Below are positions 1 to 8,223 of a stretch of DNA of 17,605 bases, piece after piece. The notes below the pieces were generated by a model. The model ran no database searches. It was not told the DNA's origin and saw nothing but the letters and a program-made list of their open reading frames with translations. The stretch is from the NCBI GenBank assembly GCA_937921685.1, contig CAKZUF010000027.1, positions 1-17,605 on the forward strand. Direction: 5' to 3'. The number at the start of each line of letters is the position of its first letter. The first letter of the stretch is position 1. Source of the stretch: an uncultured archaeon. Its GTDB lineage: Archaea > Thermoproteota > Nitrososphaeria_A > Caldarchaeales > Calditenuaceae. The translations under genes were made by a program, and so were the position numbers.

Positions 1-9
1 GGGAGAGGC

Positions 10-891
10 TTGACGACAGATCTGAAGAGGGAGTTGTTGAGGCTTCTTGATGAGGATGAGGAGTTTAGATACGCGGTGGCGGGTAGAATAGGTATACTGG
101 AGATACTGAAGCGTCTCGACAGGCTGGAGGAGGGGCAGAACAGGCTATGGGAAAACCAGAACAAGCTTTGGGAAAACCAGAACAGGCTTTGGGAAGAGGT
201 TAGAAGTTTAAGAGAGGGACAGAACAAGCTATGGGAGAGCCAGAACAAGCTTTGGGAGGGACAGAACAGGCTTTGGGAAGAGGTTAGAAGTTTAAGAGAG
301 GGACAGAACAGACTATGGGAGAACCAGAATAAGCTTTGGGAGAACCAGAACAGGCTTTGGGAGGAGGTTAGGAGTTTAAGAGAGGGACAAAATAAGCTGT
401 TGGAAGAGGTTAAAAGTCTAAGGGAAGGGCAGAACAGGCTATGGGAAAACCAGAATAGGCTATGGGAGGAAGTTAGGGATATGCGGATTACTTTGAATAG
501 GGTTGCTATTACGCTGGACAGACTGACTATAAGTGTCGAGGAGGAGGCGCTTAGCTTCATAAAACACAGGATAAGAAGCGACGTCGGCATAGACATCAAG
601 CTGGAGAGAATCTTCATAGACTCCAGAGAAATCGATGTCTACGGATCATCAGGCGACCTCTGTGTAGTTGGTGAGGCTACAGTTAGGCTTGGAAAGGGAC
701 TCATCGACGAACTACTGGAAAAGATAGACTTCCTAAAGTCTAGGAGGCCAGACCTCATAAAGCCCAGGATAATCAAGGCAATATACACAGACTATGCAAC
801 ACCAGACGCACTAGACTACGCCAGGGAGAAAGATGTCTGGGTTCTAAAATGGAGCGGAGACCTAACACCATTAAAAATAGAACAATCATAA
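10..891 (+). CDS. Coiled-coil heptad-repeat protein with C-terminal PD-(D/E)XK-nuclease-like domain (DUF3782-like)
   Basis: 293-aa ORF from TTG. Long run of 7-residue units (GQNKLWE / NQNRLWE / EVRSLRE), then a C-terminal domain with 'REIDVYG...CVVGEATVRLG', as in archaeal DUF3782-type proteins. Confidence 0.75.
   Translation: MTTDLKRELLRLLDEDEEFRYAVAGRIGILEILKRLDRLEEGQNRLWENQNKLWENQNRLWEEVRSLREGQNKLWESQNKLWEGQNRLWEEVRSLREGQNRLWENQNKLWENQNRLWEEVRSLREGQNKLLEEVKSLREGQNRLWENQNRLWEEVRDMRITLNRVAITLDRLTISVEEEALSFIKHRIRSDVGIDIKLERIFIDSREIDVYGSSGDLCVVGEATVRLGKGLIDELLEKIDFLKSRRPDLIKPRIIKAIYTDYATPDALDYAREKDVWVLKWSGDLTPLKIEQS
178..396 (+). repeat. In-frame 84-nt tandem repeat (4 heptads per unit) inside the coiled-coil gene
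   Basis: The 49-nt string cagaacaggctttgggaagaggttagaagtttaagagagggacagaaca occurs at 178-226 and 262-310; a diverged third copy starts at 346 (spacing 84 nt). Confidence 0.9.
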
Positions 892-1060
892 CCCATATTA
901 TTGCAATGCTCGGCCCCGCATCGCGGAGTTATCCGGATAACACTTCTAATACCCTAAACTTCGAGCCAGAGGTGTTATAGAATAGGAGAAGCACATCCAA
1001 TCTTCTTTAAAAACCTGAAGCCTCATCCCCCCATCCCACTGACCCCCCGGGCGCAAATGA

Positions 1061-1067
1061 TTATTTA
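1061..1067 (+). promoter_or_regulatory. Candidate TATA box (ttattta) for the adenosine-specific kinase gene
   Basis: AT-rich box about 28 nt upstream of the GTG at 1092, the spacing expected for a leaderless archaeal transcript. Confidence 0.4.
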
Positions 1068-1091
1068 GAATCACGAGACACAACTAGCGCT

Positions 1092-1583
1092 GTGAGCAGC
1101 GTCAAGCTGGAGGTCATAAGGGTTGAGACCCCTGAGGGGTGCAACGCTATCCTCGGAATCACCCACTTCATAAAAAGCGTCGAAGACATATACGAGGCAA
1201 TAGTCAACACAGTCCCCGGCGCAAAGTTCGGACTCGCCTTCAGCGAAGCCAGCGGCCCATGCCTCATCAGACACGAGGGAACCGACGAAGAGCTGAGAAG
1301 ACTCGCAGCAGAGACCCTCCTCCGAATAGGATGCGGCCACACATTCCTAATATTCACACGCAATCTATACCCAATCAACATACTTGGAAGACTCAAAGAA
1401 GTACCCGAAGTATGCACCATACTATGCGCAACCGCAAACCCGCTCCAAGTAATAGTGGCGGAGACGGACCAAGGCCGCGGAATAATAGGCGTCATCGACG
1501 GCTACAGGCCTAAAGGGATCGAGAATGAGCAGAACATACGGGAGCGGAGAGAGTTCCTCAGAAAAATAGGCTACAAGTTCTAG
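1092..1583 (+). CDS. Adenosine-specific kinase (DUF355 / Adenosine_kin family)
   Basis: 163-aa ORF with family-like stretches '[22 protein letters not shown]', '[24 protein letters not shown]', '[19 protein letters not shown]', '[11 protein letters not shown]'. Confidence 0.88.
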   Translation: MSSVKLEVIRVETPEGCNAILGITHFIKSVEDIYEAIVNTVPGAKFGLAFSEASGPCLIRHEGTDEELRRLAAETLLRIGCGHTFLIFTRNLYPINILGRLKEVPEVCTILCATANPLQVIVAETDQGRGIIGVIDGYRPKGIENEQNIRERREFLRKIGYKF

Positions 1584-1654
1584 ACAAGCCGCCTAGGAAG
1601 CACATCGTCAAACACGGTGATAAGGCCGCACAGACAGAAGGGATAGAGTCCCTG

Positions 1655-2989
1655 CTAGGTGGTAGACTTCGTGAAATTCACACTCCTCACCAAGGCGTAG
1701 GGAGCCTTTACTGGAACCTCAACCTCCCACCACTTTATCCAGTATTTATCCGCAGTCATCTCCTCCAAGTTTCTCATAATCCTTAAAATATTATCGCTCA
1801 ACCTCAGATCCTTAAGCGCGGCCTCGATGCTCCCGTTTTTTATGAGGAATAGGCCGTCGCGCGGGATTGTCGAGAAGTCTCCAGTCCTGAAGTTTCTATA
1901 CCTGAGATACCAGTCATTGGTTACGAAGATCCCCCTATCAACCTTTGATAACAGCTGGTTGAGCGTGGCGCTCCCTCCCTCTACGACTAGGTTGAAAGGC
2001 TCGGGTGATATCCATCCAGCGTTAGCCGTGCTCTCAGTCTCAAACTTCTTCGCTGTTGCGCTGTTGTGTAGATAGGTCTTCAGCTCTCCAGACTCTATTA
2101 TCGCCTTACGCCTAGTTGGGAGCCCCTCATCATCGTAGGCCTCTGAACCGTATGCGGCAGGCAGGGTTGGGTCGTCTACGAGTGTGAGGATTTTAGATGC
2201 AACCGTCTCTCCAATCCTACCCTCCAGGAATGAGAGCCCTGTTAGGACGCTGTAGGCTGAGGCCGCCCTCCCCACCTCCTCCAAAATATTGGCGAAAGTC
2301 ATGGGCCCGAGTATCGCGTCATACACGCCCGGCTCACCGCTAACCGGGTTCTTCGCCAGCCGCGCAACCTCGCCCGCCATCTCCCCGGTCTTATAGGGGT
2401 TAAACTCCTCCCTACTAGCCGTGGCAGTAGAGAACTGCCCACTAGAAGCGCCGTTTAGAAAAGCCCTAACAGACAGCTCAATCCTCTCACTACTCGACTC
2501 AGCCCTAACCCCGCCAGAGGTGTAGAGGGTTCTGCGGACCTCGCTAACTATGAGGGAGCCTGCAACCCGAGCGGCGCCGCTATTCCTAGCCCCTGAAACA
2601 GCCTCTTCAACCCACCCGACCATGTCCTCGGGCGGTGGAGCCCTCCTCCCCCGGGAGAGAAGCTTCCTATCATACTTGAACGGCCCTTTCGGGAGTGGTG
2701 CGTAGACGTCAGTCGGCCCCGCCAGCCGGGTGGTCTCCGCTAGACCGGCTATGAGTTTCTTTATCTCGGAGAGGCTGGGGACAGAGGTTGAGGCCACCCC
2801 CCGCCTCTCACCTATAGCCAAATAGACAGACGCCTCATACTCGTCAAAAACCTTCGAGACAGTTATTTCATTATTTGAGAAACGTATCATGTAGATGGTC
2901 ACGTCCGCTAAGTCAACCGCAGCATCGGTAGCCCCCAGCCTCCTAGCAGTTCTCAAAGCCTCTATAGCCACACGCCTCGCTCCCACCAT
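1655..2989 (-). CDS. TldD/PmbA family protein (TldE/PmbA-like, no HExxxH motif seen)
   Basis: 444-aa ORF. 'DDEGLPTRRKAIIESGELKTYLHNSATAKKF' and the C-terminal 'APYALVRSVNFTKS' are typical of the family. Confidence 0.85.
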   Translation of the reverse strand: MVGARRVAIEALRTARRLGATDAAVDLADVTIYMIRFSNNEITVSKVFDEYEASVYLAIGERRGVASTSVPSLSEIKKLIAGLAETTRLAGPTDVYAPLPKGPFKYDRKLLSRGRRAPPPEDMVGWVEEAVSGARNSGAARVAGSLIVSEVRRTLYTSGGVRAESSSERIELSVRAFLNGASSGQFSTATASREEFNPYKTGEMAGEVARLAKNPVSGEPGVYDAILGPMTFANILEEVGRAASAYSVLTGLSFLEGRIGETVASKILTLVDDPTLPAAYGSEAYDDEGLPTRRKAIIESGELKTYLHNSATAKKFETESTANAGWISPEPFNLVVEGGSATLNQLLSKVDRGIFVTNDWYLRYRNFRTGDFSTIPRDGLFLIKNGSIEAALKDLRLSDNILRIMRNLEEMTADKYWIKWWEVEVPVKAPYALVRSVNFTKSTT

Positions 2990-3099
2990 ACACCATGAGT
3001 CTCGGCAGCCCAGATTAAAAAGAATCGCTCCCAGAGAGGCTGACCAGCCGGCGACTCTTTATTTAGTAATACTGCGCCCCTATTGATGGATATAGCAAG

Positions 3100-4710
3100 A
3101 TGCTGAAGCGTGGTGGTGAGGGGCGGCGGAGACAGAGGAGCTCTGCAGGAGTGAATGTAGCCGCGGTGCTTGAATATCCTGTGAAGAGCGACGGCTCGGT
3201 GATTGCTGAGCGGTTGGCGCTGAGCGGCGATGAGGGCGGGGGACTCGAAGTCTCGGTAGGTGAAGGCCGCAGGGAGATAGTAGCGCCGCTCAGCTTCGTG
3301 AAGCGGGACGTCTCCTCCTCGATTCTGGGAGACAGCCTAGCGATAAGGCTCCTGACACCCTTTGAGGTAGTCCAGGGAGAAGAGGTTATTGGGCAGCTGC
3401 AGTCCCACTACTTGAAGCGTGTAATCAAGCGTGTGGCAGAAACAGTCATCGAGAGCTACGAGCTTGCAGCCATTCACGTGAGGCTACACCCACTCTACTT
3501 CCTGTTGAGATGGATTAAACCCAAACTAGCGCTTATGCCGAGCCTGACCCGGCTCTTCTGGTGGCTCAGCGACGAGGATGGCCTTCGCGAAAAACACCTA
3601 TCCAGAGTCGTGTCTCGGCTGAGGACAGCCTTAGACGAGGCGTCCCGGGAGGAGGAGGGGGTCTTACAGAAGGACGGCGAATTATACGCCCTAAACCCTT
3701 CAAAGGTCATGCGGAGACACCTGAGCGGTGGCAGGCCTGTGCTCAAGCTCCCATTCAACCCTCAGGTCACCAGATTTGTAAGGGAGCCTGCGGTGGCGAT
3801 CGGGGCTATGAGGCTATTACTCGCGGAGGCCTATCCGAAGCCGCCTGCAATCTTGGCTGAATTGGAGCCGGAGGAGTGGGCCTTCATCAAGACTTTCCAC
3901 GGCCTCCAACCAATCGCAAGCGATGAGCCGCTCATCGAGGCGATAAAAAAGCACCTCTCACTGGAGGGCGCGGAGGTCAGGCTCGACAGAAAAGGCTCCA
4001 TACTAAACTCAACCTATCTCCTCCAAATATATGCGGACGGGAACAAGAGAGAGACCCTGTTCGTGAAGAGATACTTTTCTTGGACTGATATTAAATGGGT
4101 TGCCGCCAAGCTCTGGGCCATGCCCCTGAGAAACTTCTACTTCTCACCGGGGACAAGGATGAGTAACGAGGTCTTCTTCCTGAGCTACCTGGCCGAGAAG
4201 GGGCTCCGAGTTCCACGCGTTGTCTACCTCTCCTGGGGTGATAAAGTGCTTGTCGAGAATGCCATCAAGGGATACGACTTGACGGAGGCGTGGACCAGGG
4301 AGCGTGGAAGGATTGGTGACAAACTGTTAGAGGATATAACGATGGGCGTAGGTAGGATGCTGGCTGAGGTGCATGAGCAGGATGTTGTGGTGGGAGACTG
4401 TAAACCTGACAATTTCATGATCTCGCAGCCTTCATCAGAGACCTGGCTAGTGGATTTAGAACAGGCCTCCCTTAAGGGCAACAAGTCCTGGGATCTCTCC
4501 GAGCTGATACTCTACATGGGACACTATCTCGACCCTGAGGACGCCGAGAGATACGCATCACTGATTGCTAAAGGTTATCTGTCGAAGGGAAGGCCTGAGG
4601 TCGTGGAGGGAGCTTTAGATAGCAAGTTCCAGCTCACAATGCTTCCCTGGACACCTATCTGGACTCAGGTCTGGATGTTTAGGTCGGTGGAGAGGGAGCT
4701 GAGAAGATAG
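3100..4710 (+). CDS. Divergent protein-kinase-like / aminoglycoside-phosphotransferase-like protein with an extended N-terminal region
   Basis: 536-aa ORF. C-terminal half has 'ETLFVKRYF' (possible Lys motif), 'VVVGDCKPDNFM' (catalytic-loop-like) and 'TWLVDLEQASL' (metal-binding Asp-like), a Bud32/Kdo-kinase-like pattern. No family recognised for the N-terminal ~250 aa. Confidence 0.6.
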   Translation: MLKRGGEGRRRQRSSAGVNVAAVLEYPVKSDGSVIAERLALSGDEGGGLEVSVGEGRREIVAPLSFVKRDVSSSILGDSLAIRLLTPFEVVQGEEVIGQLQSHYLKRVIKRVAETVIESYELAAIHVRLHPLYFLLRWIKPKLALMPSLTRLFWWLSDEDGLREKHLSRVVSRLRTALDEASREEEGVLQKDGELYALNPSKVMRRHLSGGRPVLKLPFNPQVTRFVREPAVAIGAMRLLLAEAYPKPPAILAELEPEEWAFIKTFHGLQPIASDEPLIEAIKKHLSLEGAEVRLDRKGSILNSTYLLQIYADGNKRETLFVKRYFSWTDIKWVAAKLWAMPLRNFYFSPGTRMSNEVFFLSYLAEKGLRVPRVVYLSWGDKVLVENAIKGYDLTEAWTRERGRIGDKLLEDITMGVGRMLAEVHEQDVVVGDCKPDNFMISQPSSETWLVDLEQASLKGNKSWDLSELILYMGHYLDPEDAERYASLIAKGYLSKGRPEVVEGALDSKFQLTMLPWTPIWTQVWMFRSVERELRR

Positions 4711-4717
4711 AGGAGTG

Positions 4718-5743
4718 TTAAAGTATTCTGATATATTCCCTGCCAGCCCCCTCATAAGAGCCTATAAGTATCTGCCTCCAAGCCTCCTCACCGTTCCGCC
4801 GCGCCAGCTCAAGCTTCCCATAAGCCTCGACGGAGTCACCTTCCCTCAAAACACCTGCCAACATCATGTCATAACATACAATTCTGTCAATACTCCCACC
4901 CTCATCCTCGACAAAATACACCGCGGGTGTAAAAAGCGACTCCCGCACGTCAACCACCCTGGCCCTAACCCGAGCCATTCCCAACGCGGAGTAGACTACC
5001 TCGCCATACCTGTACGCAGGCATCCCACGCACACCGTGTATTGAGAAGAGGACTCCGCTGTATACTCCCTTGTTTATGACGTTGGATGCAAGTCTGCGCA
5101 GGTCTCTCGCTGGAACAGGGTATCTTGATGATGCGCGGACAACCCATCCCTCAGGATCGCTACCACCCTGTAGGGCGACCTCACCTTCACGATGCAGCTC
5201 ATTTAGCGCTTCGAGAACCCTCCACAAATTATCCGTGCCATAAACCACCAGGTCTATGTCTGAGTCTTGGTGATGTATTCCAGGAAGAATTGACCCGGTG
5301 ACGCCGAAACAATCTATAGGGACGCCGGAGACCTCTGAGAGCCGCTCAACGAGCGAGACCAGAAGTCTTTCAAGGCGGCTGCTGGTGGGCCTATTCAACA
5401 GCTCTATGAGCCGCCTCCTAGAGCTGTATACTTTGGTGATATTGCTTGTAGGTGGTGCGATGACCCTGGCGCCAACCGTAGGATCGTGGTACACATAGCT
5501 TGGCTGCATCTCTTCTAGGAAGCTGATTACTTTTAGAAGCTCTGAAACAGTGTATTGTCGGATTACACGGATATATTTTTTCTCGCCGTTCCCCCAGATA
5601 CCGTTTCCTGGCACGTATTTGAGGAGGCTCCACACCCGCCCCTCCGGATGAATATCGCCTAAAACCATGAAGATCCAGCCGTCGGTCGTCTCGAAGTAGT
5701 CGTGGTCTCTGACTGATACGTCATGGTCTCCGGCCTTCTGCAT
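4718..5743 (-). CDS. Pol-beta superfamily nucleotidyltransferase domain protein
   Basis: 341-aa ORF with nucleotidyltransferase signature 'GVTGSILPGIHHQDSDIDLVVYG' and flanking regions shared with the adjacent paralog. Confidence 0.75.
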   Translation of the reverse strand: MQKAGDHDVSVRDHDYFETTDGWIFMVLGDIHPEGRVWSLLKYVPGNGIWGNGEKKYIRVIRQYTVSELLKVISFLEEMQPSYVYHDPTVGARVIAPPTSNITKVYSSRRRLIELLNRPTSSRLERLLVSLVERLSEVSGVPIDCFGVTGSILPGIHHQDSDIDLVVYGTDNLWRVLEALNELHREGEVALQGGSDPEGWVVRASSRYPVPARDLRRLASNVINKGVYSGVLFSIHGVRGMPAYRYGEVVYSALGMARVRARVVDVRESLFTPAVYFVEDEGGSIDRIVCYDMMLAGVLREGDSVEAYGKLELARRNGEEAWRQILIGSYEGAGREYIRIL

Positions 5744-5779
5744 TCCCGCTTAAAACAACCTCTTTTGTCAGAGTTATAA

Positions 5780-6826
5780 CTATATTTTACGCATAACGTT
5801 TTCGGAGACGATATAGTCGTTGGGCATGTTTCCGATGAATATTCTGATCCTTCCAGTTACGAGGTCGGTCTCGAGCCTTCCCCTCGCGGCGAAGCGCTCT
5901 CCCGCAGAAACCTGCTCCGCAAACCTAGACCTATAGGACACCACTTCTCCACACTTATAGGCCATTTCGCCGCCCTCAAGCACCTCATCGACAGTGACCC
6001 TCAGCTTCATAGGCGTATAGCAGCCGAGCGAGTCTTCCTCAACCACACCCCTCACCTCAACATAGCCCAACTCCCTCCACCTGGCCGTCCCCCAGGGCTC
6101 CCAGAAATCCTCGGGCCGCTGCACAATCTTGGCAGAATAGACCACCCCCCTGAACAAGCCGTACGTATATTTCCGCCCCTCATGCATGAGCCATACCTCG
6201 AGGCCAAGCTTAGAGTCTCTACGCTTGGAGGCCAAGTCATGTGCGTGTTCACGCGTCACGGCCTCCGTTACTCCACGGGCCCTGAGCTCTTTCAAGGCCT
6301 CTAGGGCTCTAAACCCTCGAGGCTCCACCAAGACTATGTCGATATCTGACCCCCTCTTATGCGCCTTCAAGAGGATGGACCCGGAGATTCCTATCGACTC
6401 GCGGGGGAGGCCTCCCTCCTCTGAGAGGACTCTCCCAAGCTCCAAGGCCGTGCTGGTCAGCCGGTCGACTGGCTGTAGGCTTCGGAATCCCTCCAGCGAG
6501 GAGAGATGCCTCTCCACACTTTCAACAGGGATCTGGGGTAGAACCTGCCCCGAGTGGTCGTCGAAGACAAGCCAGCCCCGAACCCTATCCTCTATGAAGG
6601 CATAAACCTCCTCTAGAGTGGCTGCCCGTCCTAGACGCGGAAAGGCAACGACCTTGCCGGGAGGGTGTGAAACACCTTTGACAGCCATAAACCCCAGCTC
6701 GCCTACATAGACGTAGTCACCCTCAATCAAGTATTCCAGGCCCAGACCTATGATAAGGGTGGGTGTTAAAAGAGATAGTGTGCGGGCAGGCGCTTTCTCC
6801 GCCCCAACCACATGGTTTGATAGCAT
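5780..6826 (-). CDS. Pol-beta superfamily nucleotidyltransferase domain protein (paralog of 4718..5743)
   Basis: 348-aa ORF with 'GISGSILLKAHKRGSDIDIVLVEP', same strand and similar architecture to its neighbour. True start may be downstream of the longest-ORF ATG. Confidence 0.75.
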   Translation of the reverse strand: MLSNHVVGAEKAPARTLSLLTPTLIIGLGLEYLIEGDYVYVGELGFMAVKGVSHPPGKVVAFPRLGRAATLEEVYAFIEDRVRGWLVFDDHSGQVLPQIPVESVERHLSSLEGFRSLQPVDRLTSTALELGRVLSEEGGLPRESIGISGSILLKAHKRGSDIDIVLVEPRGFRALEALKELRARGVTEAVTREHAHDLASKRRDSKLGLEVWLMHEGRKYTYGLFRGVVYSAKIVQRPEDFWEPWGTARWRELGYVEVRGVVEEDSLGCYTPMKLRVTVDEVLEGGEMAYKCGEVVSYRSRFAEQVSAGERFAARGRLETDLVTGRIRIFIGNMPNDYIVSENVMRKI

Positions 6827-6905
6827 AGCTGGAGGGGTTTAGGTATCGATTTTTCAATGGGAATGTTTTTAAATTCGCTGAAGACCCGCTTTCTCGCTGA
6901 AATAT

Positions 6906-7886
6906 ATGGGTGTAGACTCGGCCGAGCTTTCAACTCATATAGAAGCGCCATTGTGGTTCTGGGAACTATACCACGCAGTAATACTATTCTTCATAGCGAT
7001 AGACCTTCTCGCGGGCGTTAGAAGAAAACACGCGATGACGTATAGGGAGGCAGCTGCTTGGTCAGCTCTATGGATAGCGGTAGGATTGGCGTGGGGGGCG
7101 TTTGTATACTGGTTTGCAGCCCCAGAAGATAAACTTCATGCCTTAGGATTGTACTATGCGGCATTCGTAGTAGAGAAGAGTTTGAGCATGGATAACTTAT
7201 TTGTCTTCGCATTAATCTTCAGCTATTTCGCAGTCCTGCCCCGAGTACAGCCTATTGTACTATACGTTGGAATAATTACGGCAATCGTTTTAAGAGCAGG
7301 ATTCATAGCTGGGGGACTATGGCTAATAGAGCAATTCCACTGGACTGTATACATTTTCGGTGCAGTATTAATATACGCGGGATACAAACTACTCAGAGCG
7401 GGGGAAGTAAAAGTAGATCCTTCAAGGAACCCTGTTGTAAAATTTGCTCAGAGATTCCTTCCCATAGCTGACTATTATGAGGGGGCCAAGTTTATTGTCC
7501 GTTCAAAAAGGGATAGGAGATTAATTTTTACCCCACTACTCCTAGCTCTACTTGCAATTGAGACATCAGACATAGTATTCGCGTTCGATTCTATTCCAGC
7601 TGTTATAGCTATTACGTCGAACTTTTTCCTAGCATATACCTCTAACATCTCCGCAATCCTAGGCCTGAGAGCGCTATACTCTCTAATAGCTATCACAATG
7701 TTTAGATTCAAATATGTTGAGCCCGCTCTCGCAGGCATTTTATTCTTCTTGGGAATCAAAATATTCATAGCACAATTCGTCGAAATACCGGTATGGTTGT
7801 CAATATCAATAATATTCTCAATCCTATCCGCTGCAGTTATGCTCTCTATAATGAGAGGAGAAGTTAAGAGAGGAGACGAGGATTAA
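6906..7886 (+). CDS. TerC/Alx family integral membrane protein
   Basis: 326-aa hydrophobic ORF with 'FVVEKSLSMDNLFVFALIF', 'LLALLAIETSDIVFAFDSIPAVIAIT', 'FLAYTSNISAILGLRALYSLI', diagnostic of TerC. Confidence 0.93.
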   Translation: MGVDSAELSTHIEAPLWFWELYHAVILFFIAIDLLAGVRRKHAMTYREAAAWSALWIAVGLAWGAFVYWFAAPEDKLHALGLYYAAFVVEKSLSMDNLFVFALIFSYFAVLPRVQPIVLYVGIITAIVLRAGFIAGGLWLIEQFHWTVYIFGAVLIYAGYKLLRAGEVKVDPSRNPVVKFAQRFLPIADYYEGAKFIVRSKRDRRLIFTPLLLALLAIETSDIVFAFDSIPAVIAITSNFFLAYTSNISAILGLRALYSLIAITMFRFKYVEPALAGILFFLGIKIFIAQFVEIPVWLSISIIFSILSAAVMLSIMRGEVKRGDED

Positions 7887-7938
7887 GCGGTGGCCTTTTA
7901 GCATAGGCTTTAAAGATGTCATCTGCTTATCCAAGTAG

Positions 7939-8142
7939 GTTGCTGATACCTCCGGCACCTGGATAGGTCTCTTGTCTGGACACTACGTTGATTTTGTTGA
8001 GACATGCAAAGATGGTGAGCCGGCTTTTAATCCTATATATATTCCGGTTGAAGACTTCATAAACGCAAAGTGTGTAGTAATAACCGGAGGGGCTGCAGTC
8101 CACGAAGCTAGACGAGCTAATGGTCTAGTGGGTGTCGGCTAA
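7939..8142 (+). pseudogene. Coding-like remnant, family not assigned
   Basis: Open stretch VADTSGTWIGLLSGHYVDFVETCKDGEPAFNPIYIPVEDFINAKCVVITGGAAVHEARRANGLVGVG* directly after an in-frame TAG at 7936; the same frame continues upstream (WPFSIGFKDVICLSK*). Confidence 0.35.
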
Positions 8143-8190
8143 GGTGGGCTTAAGCGCCTCAACCAGATGTTGATAACACTATGAGGGCCA

Positions 8191-8200
8191 AAATTTAATT
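8191..8200 (+). promoter_or_regulatory. Candidate TATA box (aaatttaatt) for the B12-binding mutase subunit
   Basis: Centred about 28 nt upstream of GTG 8224, leaderless spacing. Confidence 0.45.
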
Positions 8201-8223
8201 ACATCTGCAGGCATTTTGTAATT

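Noticed and set aside
178-396. Direct repeats resembling a CRISPR-like array
   Set aside because: Repeats are contiguous, in frame, heptad-based and lack unique spacers; they are internal coding repeats of a coiled coil.
943-985. Short inverted repeat ataacact...ggtgttat upstream of the adenosine-specific kinase gene
   Set aside because: Only 7 of 8 positions pair across a long loop; expected by chance.
1061-1513. Overlapping ORFs at 1061..1495 (-), 1071..1340 (-) and 1139..1513 (+)
   Set aside because: Shadow frames of the adenosine-specific kinase gene, without recognisable domains.
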